Below are positions 30,654-41,254 of a stretch of 64,000 nucleotides of DNA, in pieces. Source of the stretch: Pseudomonas aeruginosa PAO1. GTDB taxonomy: Bacteria > Pseudomonadota > Gammaproteobacteria > Pseudomonadales > Pseudomonadaceae. The stretch is taken from the NCBI RefSeq assembly GCF_000006765.1, contig NC_002516.2; one strand, written 5' to 3'. The stretch's first letter is position 1, and every line of letters begins with the position of its first letter. Position numbers and translations under genes: made by a program. The notes beneath the pieces were generated by a model that was not told where the DNA came from, made no database searches, and worked only from the letters and a program-made list of their open reading frames with translations.

Positions 30654-31979
30654 TCACTCCTTCGCCCCACCCTCCTCCGTCTCCAACGCCGCCCTGGCGA
30701 TGTTCCGGCTATGCGCGCCGAAATGCCCGATCAGTTCGATCAGTTGCGCGTTCAGCACCGCATTGTCGTGGGCCTCGGGGCGTGGCTGGTTGCTCTCGCT
30801 GAAGTCCTGCGCGGCGGAGGCCGGGCGGGCGGCCAGCCATTCGCCGATGGCGGCGTCGAAGGCCGCGGCGTGGGCGTTCGACTCGGCGGCCACCACGTCG
30901 CGCAAGTAGGTCGGCGAATAGGCCGGATAGGCACCGTCGCGGCGGGTGTCGGCGTAGGCGTCGAGCATCGGCTGCGGGCGGCCGTCGCGGAGCAGTTGGC
31001 GCAGCCAGTCGAACTGGTATTTCTCCACCGCGGTATGGCGGTTCGCGACACGCTCGATGGCCGCCTGCTTTTCCTCCGGGTAGCCGAGCAATGCCTTGCC
31101 CTCCATCTGTAGCATCGCCGCCAGGCTGGCACCGGGCAGCGGCGTGGAGTGGTAGGGCTGGGTGATGTCCTGGATGTAGTGCATGCCCCAGCCAAGGAAC
31201 CGGTAGCCCCAGTAGGGATGACCGTTGGCGAAGGCGAAGCGGGACAGGCCGAAGTACTGGTAGGCACGCCATTCCGGCCAGGCCCGGGCGAGGAACGGCG
31301 CGCCGCTGTAGATCACCGCCGCCTCGTGATAGAAGCCCATGTGGAACGGCGCCTGGGAGCTGAACTCGAAGCGCGGGTCGCCGAATGGCTGGGTGCCGAA
31401 GCCGTAGCGCTGGCCGGCTTCGCCGGGGTTGTCGCTGAACAGGTTGATGTCGTGGCCGTAGTCCGGTTCGTCGGCGGCGGTGGCCAGCACTGCCAGGGGC
31501 GCGACTCGCTCGCCGGGCTCCAGGCGGATGAAACGCCAGGCGGTCCACGGCGAGAGGTTCTGGAACACCAGCACCTCCTGTGGCTTGAGGTGCGGGCGCT
31601 GCGGCTGGTCCTGCCCGGGAAGCGGCTGGAGCGCCAGCGCCAGGCGGATCTCCGGGTTGACCCGCAGCGCCGCGAGGAACGCCTGACGCAAGTCGCCGGC
31701 CTCGCCCTCGGCAGCGAAGCGCAGGGCGTCCGGACGCGCCGGGTAGTTGCCGATATGCGCTCGGGCGTAGGCTTCCTGCTCGTCCAGCAGGGCGGCCAGT
31801 CCGCCGCGCTCGGCGGCGAGGAACGCCTCCAGCGGCTCCACCTCGACTTCCGGCGCCTCGCGGATGGCCGCCAGTTCGCGCAATGCCAGGTAGCTGCCCA
31901 CCGTATGGTTGGACCAGGCCCACAGGCTCGGCGAGACGACCCACGCCCCCAGCAGCAGGCAACGCAACAGCAACTTCAT
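30654..31979 (-). CDS. plcA: Secreted zinc-dependent phospholipase C / S1-P1 nuclease fold protein
   Basis: Signal peptide ending SLWA exposes N-terminal WSNH; DEPD, HYIQDITQPYH and RHTAVE match the trinuclear Zn ligand pattern. Confidence 0.75.
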   Translation of the reverse strand: MKLLLRCLLLGAWVVSPSLWAWSNHTVGSYLALRELAAIREAPEVEVEPLEAFLAAERGGLAALLDEQEAYARAHIGNYPARPDALRFAAEGEAGDLRQAFLAALRVNPEIRLALALQPLPGQDQPQRPHLKPQEVLVFQNLSPWTAWRFIRLEPGERVAPLAVLATAADEPDYGHDINLFSDNPGEAGQRYGFGTQPFGDPRFEFSSQAPFHMGFYHEAAVIYSGAPFLARAWPEWRAYQYFGLSRFAFANGHPYWGYRFLGWGMHYIQDITQPYHSTPLPGASLAAMLQMEGKALLGYPEEKQAAIERVANRHTAVEKYQFDWLRQLLRDGRPQPMLDAYADTRRDGAYPAYSPTYLRDVVAAESNAHAAAFDAAIGEWLAARPASAAQDFSESNQPRPEAHDNAVLNAQLIELIGHFGAHSRNIARAALETEEGGAKE

Positions 31980-32195
31980 CGGCTTTTCGCTCTTGTCTCG
32001 ACTCGGTGCCGGCAAGCCTACCAATGCGGGACACCCAGGGCACTGTCCTGCCTGGACATCGGAACTCTCCGATAGCGCCATCGGACCAATGTCTATCCAC
32101 GCCGGGCCGGCCCCATGACCGCCATCAATGGCGCCCAGGCGCCAGGCGGCTAGACTTTCCCGACATCAGGCACGCTGATACAAGGCACCCATCTG

Positions 32196-33911
32196 ATGCT
32201 CCAGTCCGTTTCGCCCAAGCACGACCTGCCCCTCAAACCCGAAGGCCAAGCGGCCAAGCCAGAACGCACCGGCACCTGGGCGCCGTTCTCGATCCAGGCC
32301 TTCCGCATCATCTGGATCTGCAACCTGTTCGCCAACCTCGGCACCTGGGCCCAGTCGGTGGCCGCCGCCTGGGTGGTCACCGACGCCCACGCCAGCCCGC
32401 TGATGGTGGCGATGATCCAGGTCGCCGCGGCGCTGCCGCTGGTGCTGCTGTCGATCCTCTCCGGGGTCATCGCCGACAACCACGACCGGCGCAAGATCAT
32501 GCTCTGGGGACTCAGCTTCGAGATGACCGGGGCGATGTTCGCCACCCTGCTGGCCTTCCTCGGCTACCTCGACCCGGTGCTGCTGATCATCTCCATCCTC
32601 TGGATCTCCCTCGGCGGCTCGGTGACCATCCCGGCCTGGCAGGCGGCGGTCAACGAGCAGGTGCCGGCGCGCATGGTCAGCGACGCGGTGCTGCTCAACA
32701 GCGTCAACTACAACGTCGCCCGCGCCGCCGGCCCGGCCCTCGGCGGCCTGCTGCTGAGCGCGGTGGGACCGGCCTGGGTGTTCCTGTTCAACAGCTTCTG
32801 CTACATGGCCCTGATCTGGGCGATCTGGCAGTGGCGGCGCGACGTGCCCAAGCGCAGCCTGCCGCCGGAAGGCATCCTCGAAGGCGTCACCGCGGCGCTG
32901 CGCTTCACCCAGTACTCAACCGTCACCCGCCTGGTGATGATGCGCTCCTTCGCCTTCGGCCTCTCCGCCAGCGCGGTCTGGGCCCTGCTGCCGCTGCTGG
33001 CGCACCGCAACCCGGACGGCGACGCGGCGATCTACGGCTACATGCTCGGCGCCCTCGGCCTCGGCGCGATCCTCGGCAGCACCCAGGTCTCGCGCCTGCG
33101 CCAGCGGATCGGCAGCAGCCGGCTGATCAGCCTGGCCGGCTTCACCCTGGCGCTGATCCTGCTGACCCTCGGCCTGGTGGACAACCTCTGGGTCCTGTTC
33201 CCGGTGCTGATCCTCGGTGGCGGCTGCTGGATCGGCGCCCTCGCCACCTACAACTCGGCGGTGCAGATCCTCGTCCCCGACTGGATCAAGGCGCGCGCCC
33301 TGGCGCTGTACCAGACCGCGCTGTACGGTGGCCTGGCGCTGGGTTCGTTCCTCTGGGGCCATCTCGCCGAGACCATGACCGTGCACGGCGCGCTGCTGGC
33401 CGCCGGCTGCCTGCTGCTGGCCTCGGTGATCCTCCTGTACAACTCGCGCCTGCCGGAAATGGACGCCGCCAGTATTTCCCGCGCGCCGGCGAGCATGCCC
33501 GGGCAGCCGAGCTTCGTCTTCAACACGCGGCGGGGCATGGTGCTGGTCTCCATCGAATACCGGATTCCCGCCGAGCGCACCCGCGACTTCGTTCGCGCCG
33601 CCCAGCCGCTGCGCCGCCTGCGCCTGCGCAACGGCGCGGAGCGCTGGTCGCTGTTCCGCGACGTGAGCAACCCGGAGGTCTGGCAGGAACTGTTCCTGGT
33701 GGACAACTGGATCCAGCACCTGCGCATGCTCGACCGCATGACCCTGGCCGACAAGATCGTCATCGACAACGTCACCGCCCTGCATGCCGGCGACGGTCCG
33801 CCGCAGATCCGCCATTGCGTGAGCTACGAGGCGAGCAGCTACGATACGCCGCTGGTGAAGAGCGCCACGCCGCCGGCCAACGACGAGGCGGGCGCGACGG
33901 CGGGGAGCTGA
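32196..33911 (+). CDS. MFS_3-type transporter with a C-terminal soluble domain
   Basis: 12 TM, GVIADNHDRRKI, NVARAAGPALGG; about 150-aa hydrophilic tail. Confidence 0.85.
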   Translation: MLQSVSPKHDLPLKPEGQAAKPERTGTWAPFSIQAFRIIWICNLFANLGTWAQSVAAAWVVTDAHASPLMVAMIQVAAALPLVLLSILSGVIADNHDRRKIMLWGLSFEMTGAMFATLLAFLGYLDPVLLIISILWISLGGSVTIPAWQAAVNEQVPARMVSDAVLLNSVNYNVARAAGPALGGLLLSAVGPAWVFLFNSFCYMALIWAIWQWRRDVPKRSLPPEGILEGVTAALRFTQYSTVTRLVMMRSFAFGLSASAVWALLPLLAHRNPDGDAAIYGYMLGALGLGAILGSTQVSRLRQRIGSSRLISLAGFTLALILLTLGLVDNLWVLFPVLILGGGCWIGALATYNSAVQILVPDWIKARALALYQTALYGGLALGSFLWGHLAETMTVHGALLAAGCLLLASVILLYNSRLPEMDAASISRAPASMPGQPSFVFNTRRGMVLVSIEYRIPAERTRDFVRAAQPLRRLRLRNGAERWSLFRDVSNPEVWQELFLVDNWIQHLRMLDRMTLADKIVIDNVTALHAGDGPPQIRHCVSYEASSYDTPLVKSATPPANDEAGATAGS

Positions 33912-33935
33912 GAACGGGGCCAGGCAGTCCCCCGG

Positions 33936-34007
33936 GGCGGACAGCGCCAGCGGCGTTATCCGCCATCCAACGCCGGCGCGGCGGATAACAGCAAACGGTT
34001 ATCCGCC
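33936..34007. repeat. Two degenerate REPs
   Basis: GGCGGACAGCGCCAGCGGCGTTATCCGCC and GGCGGATAACAGCAAACGGTTATCCGCC. Confidence 0.7.
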
Positions 34008-34032
34008 CTCCGAAGCGGTCGGCGGCGCGCGA

Positions 34033-35373
34033 TCACTCCGCCGTCGGCTTCTTGCGCTTGAGCGGCGCCATGCCGTCGGCGCTGACCACCGCCGACGGCC
34101 CGGCCTTCGGCCGCGCGGCGGGCTTGCGCTTGGCCGCGGGCTTGGCGGCGGCGCCCTTCCTGTCCTGCTTTTTCTTCTTGCTGCCGGCGGCCTTGCCCGA
34201 CGCCTTGAGTTTCTTCGGCCCCTGGTAGGCGGCCTTCAGTTCCTTGATGTTGCGTCGTTCGAAGTTCTGCTTGAGGTAGCGTTCGACGCTCGACATCAGG
34301 TTCCAGTCGCCATGGCAGATCAGCGAGATCGCCAGGCCCTCGGCGCCGGCGCGACCGGTCCGGCCGATGCGGTGCACGTACTCGTCGCCGCTGCGCGGCA
34401 TGTCGAAGTTGATCACCAGGTCCAGGCCTTCGACGTCCAGGCCGCGTGCGGCGACGTCGGTGGCGACGAGGATCTTCACCGCGCCCTGCTTCAGGCGTTC
34501 GATGGCCAGCTTGCGGTCCTTCTGGTCCTTCTCGCCATGCAGGACGAAGACCTTGTGCTGGTTGGCGATCAGCCGCCCGGTCAGGCGATCGGCGGAGACC
34601 CGGGTATTGGTGAAGACGATGGCCTTGGTGTAGGTCTCGTTGCTCAGCAGCCATTGCAGCAACTGTTCCTTGTGCGCCACGTCGTCGGCGGTGATGACCT
34701 GCTGGCGGACGTTCTCGTTCAGCTCGCCGACCTGGTTCAGGCGCAGCACTTGCGGCTCGCGCAGCACCTCTGCGATCACCTTGTTCAACCCGGCGCCGCT
34801 GTGGGTGGCGGAGAACAGCAGGGTCTGGCGCTCGGCCGGGCAGGCATTGGCCAGGGCCAGCACGTCGTCGGCGAAGCCCATGTCGAGCATGCGGTCGGCC
34901 TCGTCCAGCACCAGCACCTCGATGTCCTGCAACGGCAGGTTGCCGGCGTTGCGCTGCTCGAGCAGGCGGCCGGGGGTGCCGATGATGATCTCCGGGTTCT
35001 TGCGCAGGCGCGCGCCCTGCACCTTGAAGTCCTCGCCGCCAGTGATCAGGCAGGCCTTGATGAAGGTGAACTGGGCGAAGCGCTCGACTTCCTTGAGGGT
35101 CTGCTGGGCCAGCTCGCGGGTCGGCAGGAGGATCAGCGCGCGCGCCAGGGAGCGCGGCTTGTCCTCGGCCAGCAGGCGGTGCAGCAGCGGCAGCAGGAAG
35201 GCCGCGGTCTTGCCGCTGCCGGTCTGCGCCGTGACCCGCAGGTCGTGCCCCTCCAGCGCCTTGGGAATGGCCGCGGCCTGGACCGGCGTCGGCTCGCTGA
35301 AGGACAGGCTTTCCAGTGCCTTCAGCAGGCGTTCGTGGAGGGGAAATTGGCTGAACAAGGGAGACCTCGGCAT
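34033..35373 (-). CDS. DEAD-box RNA helicase (SrmB/RhlE-like)
   Basis: PTPVQ, AQTGSGKT, PTRELA, DEAD, SAT, ARGLD, HRIGRTGRAG; basic tail. The true start may be TTG at 35358. Confidence 0.93.
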   Translation of the reverse strand: MPRSPLFSQFPLHERLLKALESLSFSEPTPVQAAAIPKALEGHDLRVTAQTGSGKTAAFLLPLLHRLLAEDKPRSLARALILLPTRELAQQTLKEVERFAQFTFIKACLITGGEDFKVQGARLRKNPEIIIGTPGRLLEQRNAGNLPLQDIEVLVLDEADRMLDMGFADDVLALANACPAERQTLLFSATHSGAGLNKVIAEVLREPQVLRLNQVGELNENVRQQVITADDVAHKEQLLQWLLSNETYTKAIVFTNTRVSADRLTGRLIANQHKVFVLHGEKDQKDRKLAIERLKQGAVKILVATDVAARGLDVEGLDLVINFDMPRSGDEYVHRIGRTGRAGAEGLAISLICHGDWNLMSSVERYLKQNFERRNIKELKAAYQGPKKLKASGKAAGSKKKKQDRKGAAAKPAAKRKPAARPKAGPSAVVSADGMAPLKRKKPTAE

Positions 35374-35558
35374 TGCACGTGAAAATGGACAGGTGCATAG
35401 CCTAACGGTTGCCGCGCCGGCGCGCAGGCTTTATTCGCGCGGCACGACGGCCAGCGCCGGCGTCGCAATCGGCTCGACGCCGGGTCGCCGCCAGGCAAGC
35501 ACGGCGCGGGCGGCGATCGCAGACTCGTTCGACGCCCGCCGCCCAGAGGAACCAGGTC

Positions 35559-36926
35559 ATGCCCGACGCGCCCGCATCCGCCGCCGAACGCCTCGAACGG
35601 CTGCCGCTGAGTCCATATCACCGACTGGTCTTCGTGATCATCGCGCTGGCGTTCTTCTTCGACTCGATGGACCTGGCGATGATGACCTTCCTGCTCGGCT
35701 CGATCAAAGCCGAGTTCGGGCTCGACTCGGCGCAGGCCGGGCTGCTGGCCAGCTCGAGCTTCTTCGGCATGGTGATCGGCGCGGCCCTGTCGGGCATGCT
35801 CGCCGACCGCTTCGGGCGCAAGCCGGTATTCCAGGCCAGCATCGTGCTCTGGGGCCTGGCCAGCTACCTGTGCTCCACCGCCGGCGACCTCGACAGCCTG
35901 ACCTTCTACCGGGTATTGCTGGGGATCGGCATGGGGATGGAGTTTCCCATCGCCCAGTCGCTGCTGTCGGAGATGATCCCGGCCAGCCGCCGCGGCAAGT
36001 ACATTGCGCTGATGGACGGCTTCTGGCCGCTGGGCTTCGTCGCTGCCGGCTGCCTGTCCTACTTCCTGCTGCCGCTGACCGGCTGGCGCAGCATTTTCCT
36101 GGTGCTGGCGCTGCCGGCGGTGTTCGTCCTCGCCATCCGCTTCCTGATTCCCGAGTCGCCGCGCTGGCTGGAGCAGGCCGGCCGGCGCGAACAGGCGGAC
36201 CGGGTATTGCGCGACATAGAAGCACGGGTGATGCGTTCGCTGGGCCTGACCGAGCTGCCGCCGCCGCTGCGCCAGCCGCAGCGGGAACGCAGCCGTCCGG
36301 GCTTCTTCAGCGCCTTCGCCGAACTCTGGTCGCCAGCCTACCGGCGCCGCACCCTGACCGTCTGGGGCCTGTGGTTCTTCGCCCTGCTCGGTTTCTACGG
36401 CCTGACCTCCTGGCTCAGCGCGCTGCTCCAGCAATCCGGCTTCGCCGTCACCCAGTCGGTGTACTACACGGTGCTGATTTCGCTGGCCGGGATACCCGGC
36501 TTCCTCTGCGCGGCCTGGCTGGTGGAAAGCTGGGGCCGCAAGCCGAGCTGCGTGCTGATGCTCCTCGGCGGCGGCGCGATGGCCTACGCCTACGGCCAGA
36601 CCGCGGTGTTCGGCGGCAGCCTGGCACTGCTGATCGGCTTCGGCCTGGCCATGCAGTTCTTCCTGTTCGGCATGTGGGCGGTGCTCTACACCTATACCCC
36701 GGAACTCTATCCGACCTCCGCGCGCGCCACCGGCTCGGGCTTCGCCTCGGCGGTCGGGCGGATCGGCTCGCTGCTCGGCCCGCTGGTCACCGGGCTGGTC
36801 CTGCCGCTCACCGGCCAGGGCGGGGTGTTCACCCTCGGCGCCCTCTGTTTCGGCGTCGCCGCCCTGGTGGTCTGGGCCTTCGGCATCGAGACCCGCGGGC
36901 GCACCCTGGAGGAGCTTGCCGGCTGA
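35559..36926 (+). CDS. MFS transporter (aromatic acid/sugar porter-like)
   Basis: FFFDSMD, GMLADRFGRK, PESPRWL, ELYPT..RATG, ETRGRTLE. Confidence 0.88.
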   Translation: MPDAPASAAERLERLPLSPYHRLVFVIIALAFFFDSMDLAMMTFLLGSIKAEFGLDSAQAGLLASSSFFGMVIGAALSGMLADRFGRKPVFQASIVLWGLASYLCSTAGDLDSLTFYRVLLGIGMGMEFPIAQSLLSEMIPASRRGKYIALMDGFWPLGFVAAGCLSYFLLPLTGWRSIFLVLALPAVFVLAIRFLIPESPRWLEQAGRREQADRVLRDIEARVMRSLGLTELPPPLRQPQRERSRPGFFSAFAELWSPAYRRRTLTVWGLWFFALLGFYGLTSWLSALLQQSGFAVTQSVYYTVLISLAGIPGFLCAAWLVESWGRKPSCVLMLLGGGAMAYAYGQTAVFGGSLALLIGFGLAMQFFLFGMWAVLYTYTPELYPTSARATGSGFASAVGRIGSLLGPLVTGLVLPLTGQGGVFTLGALCFGVAALVVWAFGIETRGRTLEELAG

Positions 36927-37092
36927 GCCCGCGCGTCGGCGGAAAACCTTTGTAGACACGTCGGGGATGCGATCCGGCGCCCGATGGGGCACTCTTGGTT
37001 CCTTTGTGCGTTCCTGGCCCCCGCGTCGGGATCTCCGTTCAACCGCGGGGCCGGCCCGTCCCCCCGCCCGCAACAAAGGAAGTCGCCTGTCC

Positions 37093-38421
37093 ATGGACTC
37101 CACATCCCTTCTCGACCAGCTCTCCGGGTACTGGTCGGCGCTCGACCAACACCCTATCCTGCACGCCGGCCTGGCCTTCGGCCTGCTGCTGGTGGGCGCC
37201 CTGATCCTCGGCCGGGTGGCCCGCTACATCGTCCTCTACGCCGCCAACCTGCTCGCCCGCCAGCCCGCGCTGCACTGGCTCGGCGACCTGATCCGCAACA
37301 AGGTGTTCCAGCGCCTGGCGCAAACCACGCCCTCGCTGCTGGTGCAATTCGGCCTGCCGTGGATCCCGGAGATGCCGGACAAGGCCGCGCACTTCCTCGG
37401 CAACCTGGCACTGGCCTTCACCGTGCTGTTCCTGATCCTCGCCCTCACCGCGCTGCTGAATGCCCTGCTGGACATCTACGCGCGTACCGAGCACGCCCGC
37501 ACCCGCTCGATCAAGGGCTACGTGCAACTGGCGAAGATCGCCGTGTTCGTGTTCGGCGCGATCATCATCGTCTCGATCATCATCGACCGCTCGCCGCTCC
37601 TGCTGCTGTCCGGCCTCGGCGCGATGTCGGCGGTCCTCCTGCTGGTCTACAAGGACACCCTGATGTCCTTCGTCGCCAGCGTGCAGCTCACCAGCAACGA
37701 CATGCTGCGAGTCGGCGACTGGATCGAGATGCCGCAGGTCGGCGCCGACGGCGACGTGGTGGACATCACCCTGTACACCGTGAAGGTGCAGAACTTCGAC
37801 AAGACCATCGTCTCGGTGCCGACCTGGCGCCTGATGTCGGAGTCGTTCAAGAACTGGCGCGGCATGCAGCAGTCCGGCGGACGGCGGATCAAGCGGGCGA
37901 TCTACGTCGACTCCAGCCAGGTGCGTTTCCTCGACGAGAAGGAAGAGCGGCGCCTGAGCCAGGTGCGCCTGCTCACCGAATACATGGCCCGCAAGCAGAC
38001 CGAGTTGCAGGAGTGGAATGCCGCCAACGGCGGGGTCGCCCCGCTGGCCGCCAACCGCCGCCGGCTGACCAACATCGGTACGTTCCGCGCCTACGCCCTC
38101 GCCTACCTGCAGAACCATCCGGACATCCATCCGCACATGACCTGCATGGTCCGCCAGTTGCAGCCGACCGCCCAGGGCATCCCGCTGGAGATATACTGCT
38201 TCACCCGCACCACCGCCTGGGTCGACTACGAGCGCATCCAGGGCGACGTGTTCGACTACCTGCTGGCGGTGATGCCGGAGTTCGGCCTCGGCGCCTACCA
38301 GCAGCCCAGCGGCCAGGACCTGCGCCAGGGGCTGCAGGGCATGCTCGAAGGGCGTGACGCCGAGGCCCGTTCGTTCGAGGCGTTGGCCGCACCGAGCCGC
38401 AGCGACGAAGCCACTGTCTGA
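37093..38421 (+). CDS. MscS-family mechanosensitive channel (YbdG/MscM-like)
   Basis: GLGAMSAVLLLVYKDT, RVGDWIEM, NFDKTIVSVP, GGRRIKR, PLEIYCF. Confidence 0.9.
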   Translation: MDSTSLLDQLSGYWSALDQHPILHAGLAFGLLLVGALILGRVARYIVLYAANLLARQPALHWLGDLIRNKVFQRLAQTTPSLLVQFGLPWIPEMPDKAAHFLGNLALAFTVLFLILALTALLNALLDIYARTEHARTRSIKGYVQLAKIAVFVFGAIIIVSIIIDRSPLLLLSGLGAMSAVLLLVYKDTLMSFVASVQLTSNDMLRVGDWIEMPQVGADGDVVDITLYTVKVQNFDKTIVSVPTWRLMSESFKNWRGMQQSGGRRIKRAIYVDSSQVRFLDEKEERRLSQVRLLTEYMARKQTELQEWNAANGGVAPLAANRRRLTNIGTFRAYALAYLQNHPDIHPHMTCMVRQLQPTAQGIPLEIYCFTRTTAWVDYERIQGDVFDYLLAVMPEFGLGAYQQPSGQDLRQGLQGMLEGRDAEARSFEALAAPSRSDEATV

Positions 38422-38440
38422 AGCGAGGGGAGCGCCGTCC

Positions 38441-38983
38441 ATGAAACCGCACCTGATCTACTACGTCGCCACCAGCCTGGACGGCTTCATCGCCCGTCCC
38501 GACGGTAGCGTCGACTGGCTCGACCGTTTCGCCGAGGGCGGCAACGACCATGGCTACAACGGCTTCTACCAGGGCATCGACGGGCTGCTGATGGGCCGCG
38601 GCACCTACGATATCGTGCGCGGCTTCGGCGACTGGCCGTATCCGGGCAAGCCCTGCCAGGTGCTCACCCGCAATCCCCGGGAGAGCGCGGTGGAAGGCGT
38701 CGAGTTGCGCCATGACACGCCCCAGGAAGGCCTCGCACGCCTCGGCGAACAGGGCTGCCGGCGGGTCTGGCTGGCCGGCGGCGGCAGCCTCGCCGGTAGT
38801 TGCCTGGCGGCCGGGCTGCTCGACGAGGTGATCGTCAGCGTCATTCCGCAGCTGCTCGGCGCCGGCATCCCGCTGTTCGCCGGCGGCCGCGAGCGGCGCC
38901 TGCAACTGCTGGAACAACATGGCTACAACAGCGGCATCGTACAGATGCGCTACCAGGTGATCGCCGAGGACGACCCGCAATGA
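38441..38983 (+). CDS. DHFR/RibD C-terminal-like reductase
   Basis: YVATSLDGFIA, LMGRGTY, WLAGGGSL, PQLLGAGIPLF. Confidence 0.85.
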   Translation: MKPHLIYYVATSLDGFIARPDGSVDWLDRFAEGGNDHGYNGFYQGIDGLLMGRGTYDIVRGFGDWPYPGKPCQVLTRNPRESAVEGVELRHDTPQEGLARLGEQGCRRVWLAGGGSLAGSCLAAGLLDEVIVSVIPQLLGAGIPLFAGGRERRLQLLEQHGYNSGIVQMRYQVIAEDDPQ

Positions 38984-39438
38984 CCGACAACCTGCTGAGC
39001 ATTTCCGCCGCCTGCCTGTTCGACGACCAGGGCAACCTGTTGCTGGTGCGCAAGCGCGGCACCCAGGCCTTCATGCTCCCGGGCGGCAAGCGCGAGCCGG
39101 GCGAAACGCCCCTCGCCGCGCTACAGCGCGAACTGCTGGAGGAACTGCGCCTGCCGATGGGCGCCTCGACCTTCGAGCACCTCGGCAGCTTCCAGGCGCC
39201 GGCGGCCAACGAGGCGAACACCCGCGTCGATGCCGATATCTACGTCGCCCGCTTGCCCCACGCCGTCTGTGCGCAGGCGGAGCTGGAGGAACTGGCCTGG
39301 CTGGTCCCCGGCCAAGCGCAGCCGGACAATCTCGCGCCGCTGCTGCGCGATCATGTCCTGCCGGCCCTGGCGCGGCGCGCGGCGGAAAACCCGGAAACCC
39401 AGGCCGAACACCGGACGCGCCCCGATCATGTGCGCTGA
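38980..39438 (+). CDS. Nudix hydrolase
   Basis: GKREPGETPLAALQRELLEEL Nudix box; ATGA overlap with the upstream gene. Confidence 0.85.
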   Translation: MTDNLLSISAACLFDDQGNLLLVRKRGTQAFMLPGGKREPGETPLAALQRELLEELRLPMGASTFEHLGSFQAPAANEANTRVDADIYVARLPHAVCAQAELEELAWLVPGQAQPDNLAPLLRDHVLPALARRAAENPETQAEHRTRPDHVR

Positions 39439-39459
39439 GCGCTAGCGCTACCGTCAACG

Positions 39460-39486
39460 AAAAAGGCCACCTCGGGGTGGCCTTTT
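39460..39486. terminator. Bidirectional terminator
   Basis: AAAAAGGCCACC-TCGG-GGTGGCCTTTT between convergent genes. Confidence 0.85.
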
Positions 39487-39559
39487 CGCGTTCTCGCACC
39501 GATCGCGCGGAATATCGGCGGTTAACGCCTCTCCCCCGTGCGCAGCCTGCGGCTGAGCC

Positions 39560-41254
39560 TCAGAACGAAGTCCGGCGGTAGGCACGGTAGCGCGGGAACC
39601 AGAAGTTCGCCTCGATGGCGTCGTTCAGTACCTCGTCGCTGGTATGCAGGGCCTTGCCCTCGGCCTGGGCCTGCTTGGCCACGGCGACGGCGATGCGCTT
39701 GCTGACCTCGCGGATGTCGCCCAGCGCCGGCAACACGGCGCCCTCGCCCTGGGTAACGATCGGCGAGCAGTTGGCCAGGGCGTTGGCCGCGGCCATCAGC
39801 ATGCCTTCGGTGACCCGATTGGCCCGCGCGGCGATCACCCCCAGGCCGATGCCGGGGAAGATATAGGCGTTGTTGCACTGGGCGATGGGAATCCGCTTGT
39901 CGCCCACCTGCACCGGTTGGAACGGGCTACCGGTGGCGACCAGCGCCTGGCCGTCGGTCCAGTTGAGGATTTCCTGCGGAGTCGCCTCGACCCGCGAGGT
40001 CGGGTTGGACAGCGGCATCACCAGCGGCTGCTTGCAATGGCTGTGCAGCTCACGGATGACCTCTTCGGAAAACAGCCCGCGCTGCCCGGAGACGCCGATC
40101 AGCACCGTCGGCCGGGCATTGCGGATCACTTCCAGCAACGCCAGGTCGTCGCCCTGCTGGCCGCCCCAGGCACCGAGATCGGCGCGCTTCTGCGCCAGGC
40201 GGTGCTGGAAGTCGAGCAGGTTGCTCATGTCGTCGGTGAGCAGGCCCCAGCGGTCGACCATGAAGATGCGCCGACGCGCCTGGGCCTCGTCCAGGCCCTC
40301 CAGTTGCATGGCGGCGATGATCTGTTCGGCGATGCCGCAACCGGCGGAGCCGGCGCCGACGAAGGTCACGGTCTGCTCGCTGAGCTTCTCGCCCTTGGCC
40401 TTGCAAGCCGCCAGCAGGGTGCCCACGGCCACCGCGGCGGTGCCCTGGATGTCGTCGTTGAAGCAGCACAGCTCGTCCTTGTAGCGCTCCAGCAACGGCA
40501 TGGCATTGGTCTGGGCGAAGTCCTCGAATTGCAGCAGGACGTTGGGCCAGCGGCGCTTGATCGCCTGGATGAACAGGTCGACGAACTCCTCGTACTGCGC
40601 CCCGCTCACCCGCTCGTGGCGCCAGCCCATGTACATCGGGTCGTTGAGCAGGTCCGGGTTGTTGGTGCCGACGTCCAGCACCACCGGCAGGGTGTAGGCC
40701 GGGCTGATACCGCCGCAGGCGGTGTACAGGGACAGCTTGCCGATCGGGATGCCCATCCCGCCGATGCCCTGGTCGCCGAGGCCGAGGATCCGCTCGCTGT
40801 CGGTGACCACCACGATCTTCACGTTGTTCTTGGTGGCGCTGCGCAGGATGTCGTCGATCCGCTCGCGGTCCGGGTAGGAGATGAACAGGCCGCGGTGGGT
40901 CCGGTAGATCTTCGAGAACTCCTGGCAGGCCTGGCCGACCGTGGGGGTGTAGATGATCGGCATCATTTCTTCCAGGTGCTCCTCGAGCAGGCGGAAGAAC
41001 AGGGTCTCGTTGTTGTCCTGGATCGAGCGCAGGAAGATGTGGCGGTCCAGATCGGTGTTGCACAGGTTGTACTGGCTGTAGGCGCGCTCGGTCTGCTCCT
41101 CGATGGTCTCGATGTTGTGCGGCAGCAGGCCCTGCAGGTTGAAATCGATGCGTTCCTGGGTACTGAACGCGCTGCCTTTGTTCAGCAGCGGCATCTCCAG
41201 CAGCGATGGGCCGGCATGGGGAACGTACAAGGGACGCTTGGCTGTTTCGGTCAT
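39560..41254 (-). CDS. maeA: NAD-dependent malic enzyme
   Basis: [47 protein letters not shown]. Confidence 0.93.
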   Translation of the reverse strand: MTETAKRPLYVPHAGPSLLEMPLLNKGSAFSTQERIDFNLQGLLPHNIETIEEQTERAYSQYNLCNTDLDRHIFLRSIQDNNETLFFRLLEEHLEEMMPIIYTPTVGQACQEFSKIYRTHRGLFISYPDRERIDDILRSATKNNVKIVVVTDSERILGLGDQGIGGMGIPIGKLSLYTACGGISPAYTLPVVLDVGTNNPDLLNDPMYMGWRHERVSGAQYEEFVDLFIQAIKRRWPNVLLQFEDFAQTNAMPLLERYKDELCCFNDDIQGTAAVAVGTLLAACKAKGEKLSEQTVTFVGAGSAGCGIAEQIIAAMQLEGLDEAQARRRIFMVDRWGLLTDDMSNLLDFQHRLAQKRADLGAWGGQQGDDLALLEVIRNARPTVLIGVSGQRGLFSEEVIRELHSHCKQPLVMPLSNPTSRVEATPQEILNWTDGQALVATGSPFQPVQVGDKRIPIAQCNNAYIFPGIGLGVIAARANRVTEGMLMAAANALANCSPIVTQGEGAVLPALGDIREVSKRIAVAVAKQAQAEGKALHTSDEVLNDAIEANFWFPRYRAYRRTSF

